DNA of 64,000 bases, taken from assembly GCF_009914755.1 (NCBI RefSeq), contig NC_060948.1. One strand, given 5' to 3'. Shown piece by piece: positions 63,442 to 64,000 of the stretch. The translations under genes were made by a program, and so were the position numbers. The DNA comes from the human T2T-CHM13v2.0 reference genome, Homo sapiens. Below the pieces are notes generated by a model. The model ran no database searches and was not told the DNA's origin. It saw only the letters and a list, made by a program, of their open reading frames with translations. Each line of letters begins with the position of its first letter. Position 1 is the first letter of the stretch.

Positions 63442-64000
63442 AGATCCATATTTTTGAAAAGAAAAAAAATTTCAAAGGTACTCTGCTTGGTACAATAATC
63501 AAATGTATAAACTGAGGAATAAAACATAACCATGAAACCTACTTATAACTGTATACGGAAAATACAGAGGATAATTTTTTAAATAACATATTTTGAAAGC
63601 CTTAACTAGTAATTTGAAGAGTTGGCATTTGAAAGGCCAGTATGAATGTACCTTCAAAGCAGCAACACAGGTTCCCCATGAGAAAAAGCAAACTCAGGGA
63701 AAATAAAACCACAAAGGTTCAATCTCTTCTGACCTTTGAAAGACACAGCACAGACAGTGGTCCTTAGGACGAAGAGCAGGAGACCCCTAATTCCGTCACC
63801 GTGGCGATAGGGCATAAACATTGCTGGGTGTGGGCACAATCCACATTGTGAGGTCCAACTGCTGCCAGGAAGACAGGAGTGCTTTTACATAGACCGAAAG
63901 GTCATTGAAGGCTCAGAGTTTTGTTTCAAGAACTGAATCCCAAGCCCACACGTTATTAGGCTGCGCTTCTTAAAACAAGTTATGAGATGGGAAAAAGGGC

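Overview
This window is human satellite DNA from the Yq12 heterochromatin and spans a DYZ1/DYZ2 block boundary. Bases 1-45484 are about 12.8 tandem copies of the ~3.55 kb DYZ1 (HSat3, GGAAT-pentamer-derived) repeat, G-rich strand on +. Bases 45485-64000 are tandem ~2.42 kb DYZ2 (HSat1B) units. Each DYZ2 unit has a ~1.55 kb AT-rich block, an antisense near-full-length AluY-like element and a ~575 bp HSATI-like core; the first unit is internally deleted and the last is cut by the window. There are no credible protein-coding genes, as all listed ORFs are repeat artefacts, and I found no new gene system. The main observations are: (1) three perfect nGAAnnTTCnnGAAn heat-shock elements in each DYZ1 unit (37 of 39 intact); (2) Pol III A/B boxes retained in the DYZ2 Alus; (3) a base-resolved DYZ1/DYZ2 junction with a 770 bp deletion; (4) haplotype switches, mosaic units and local two-unit periodicity in both arrays. 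All counts and coordinates were read by eye.
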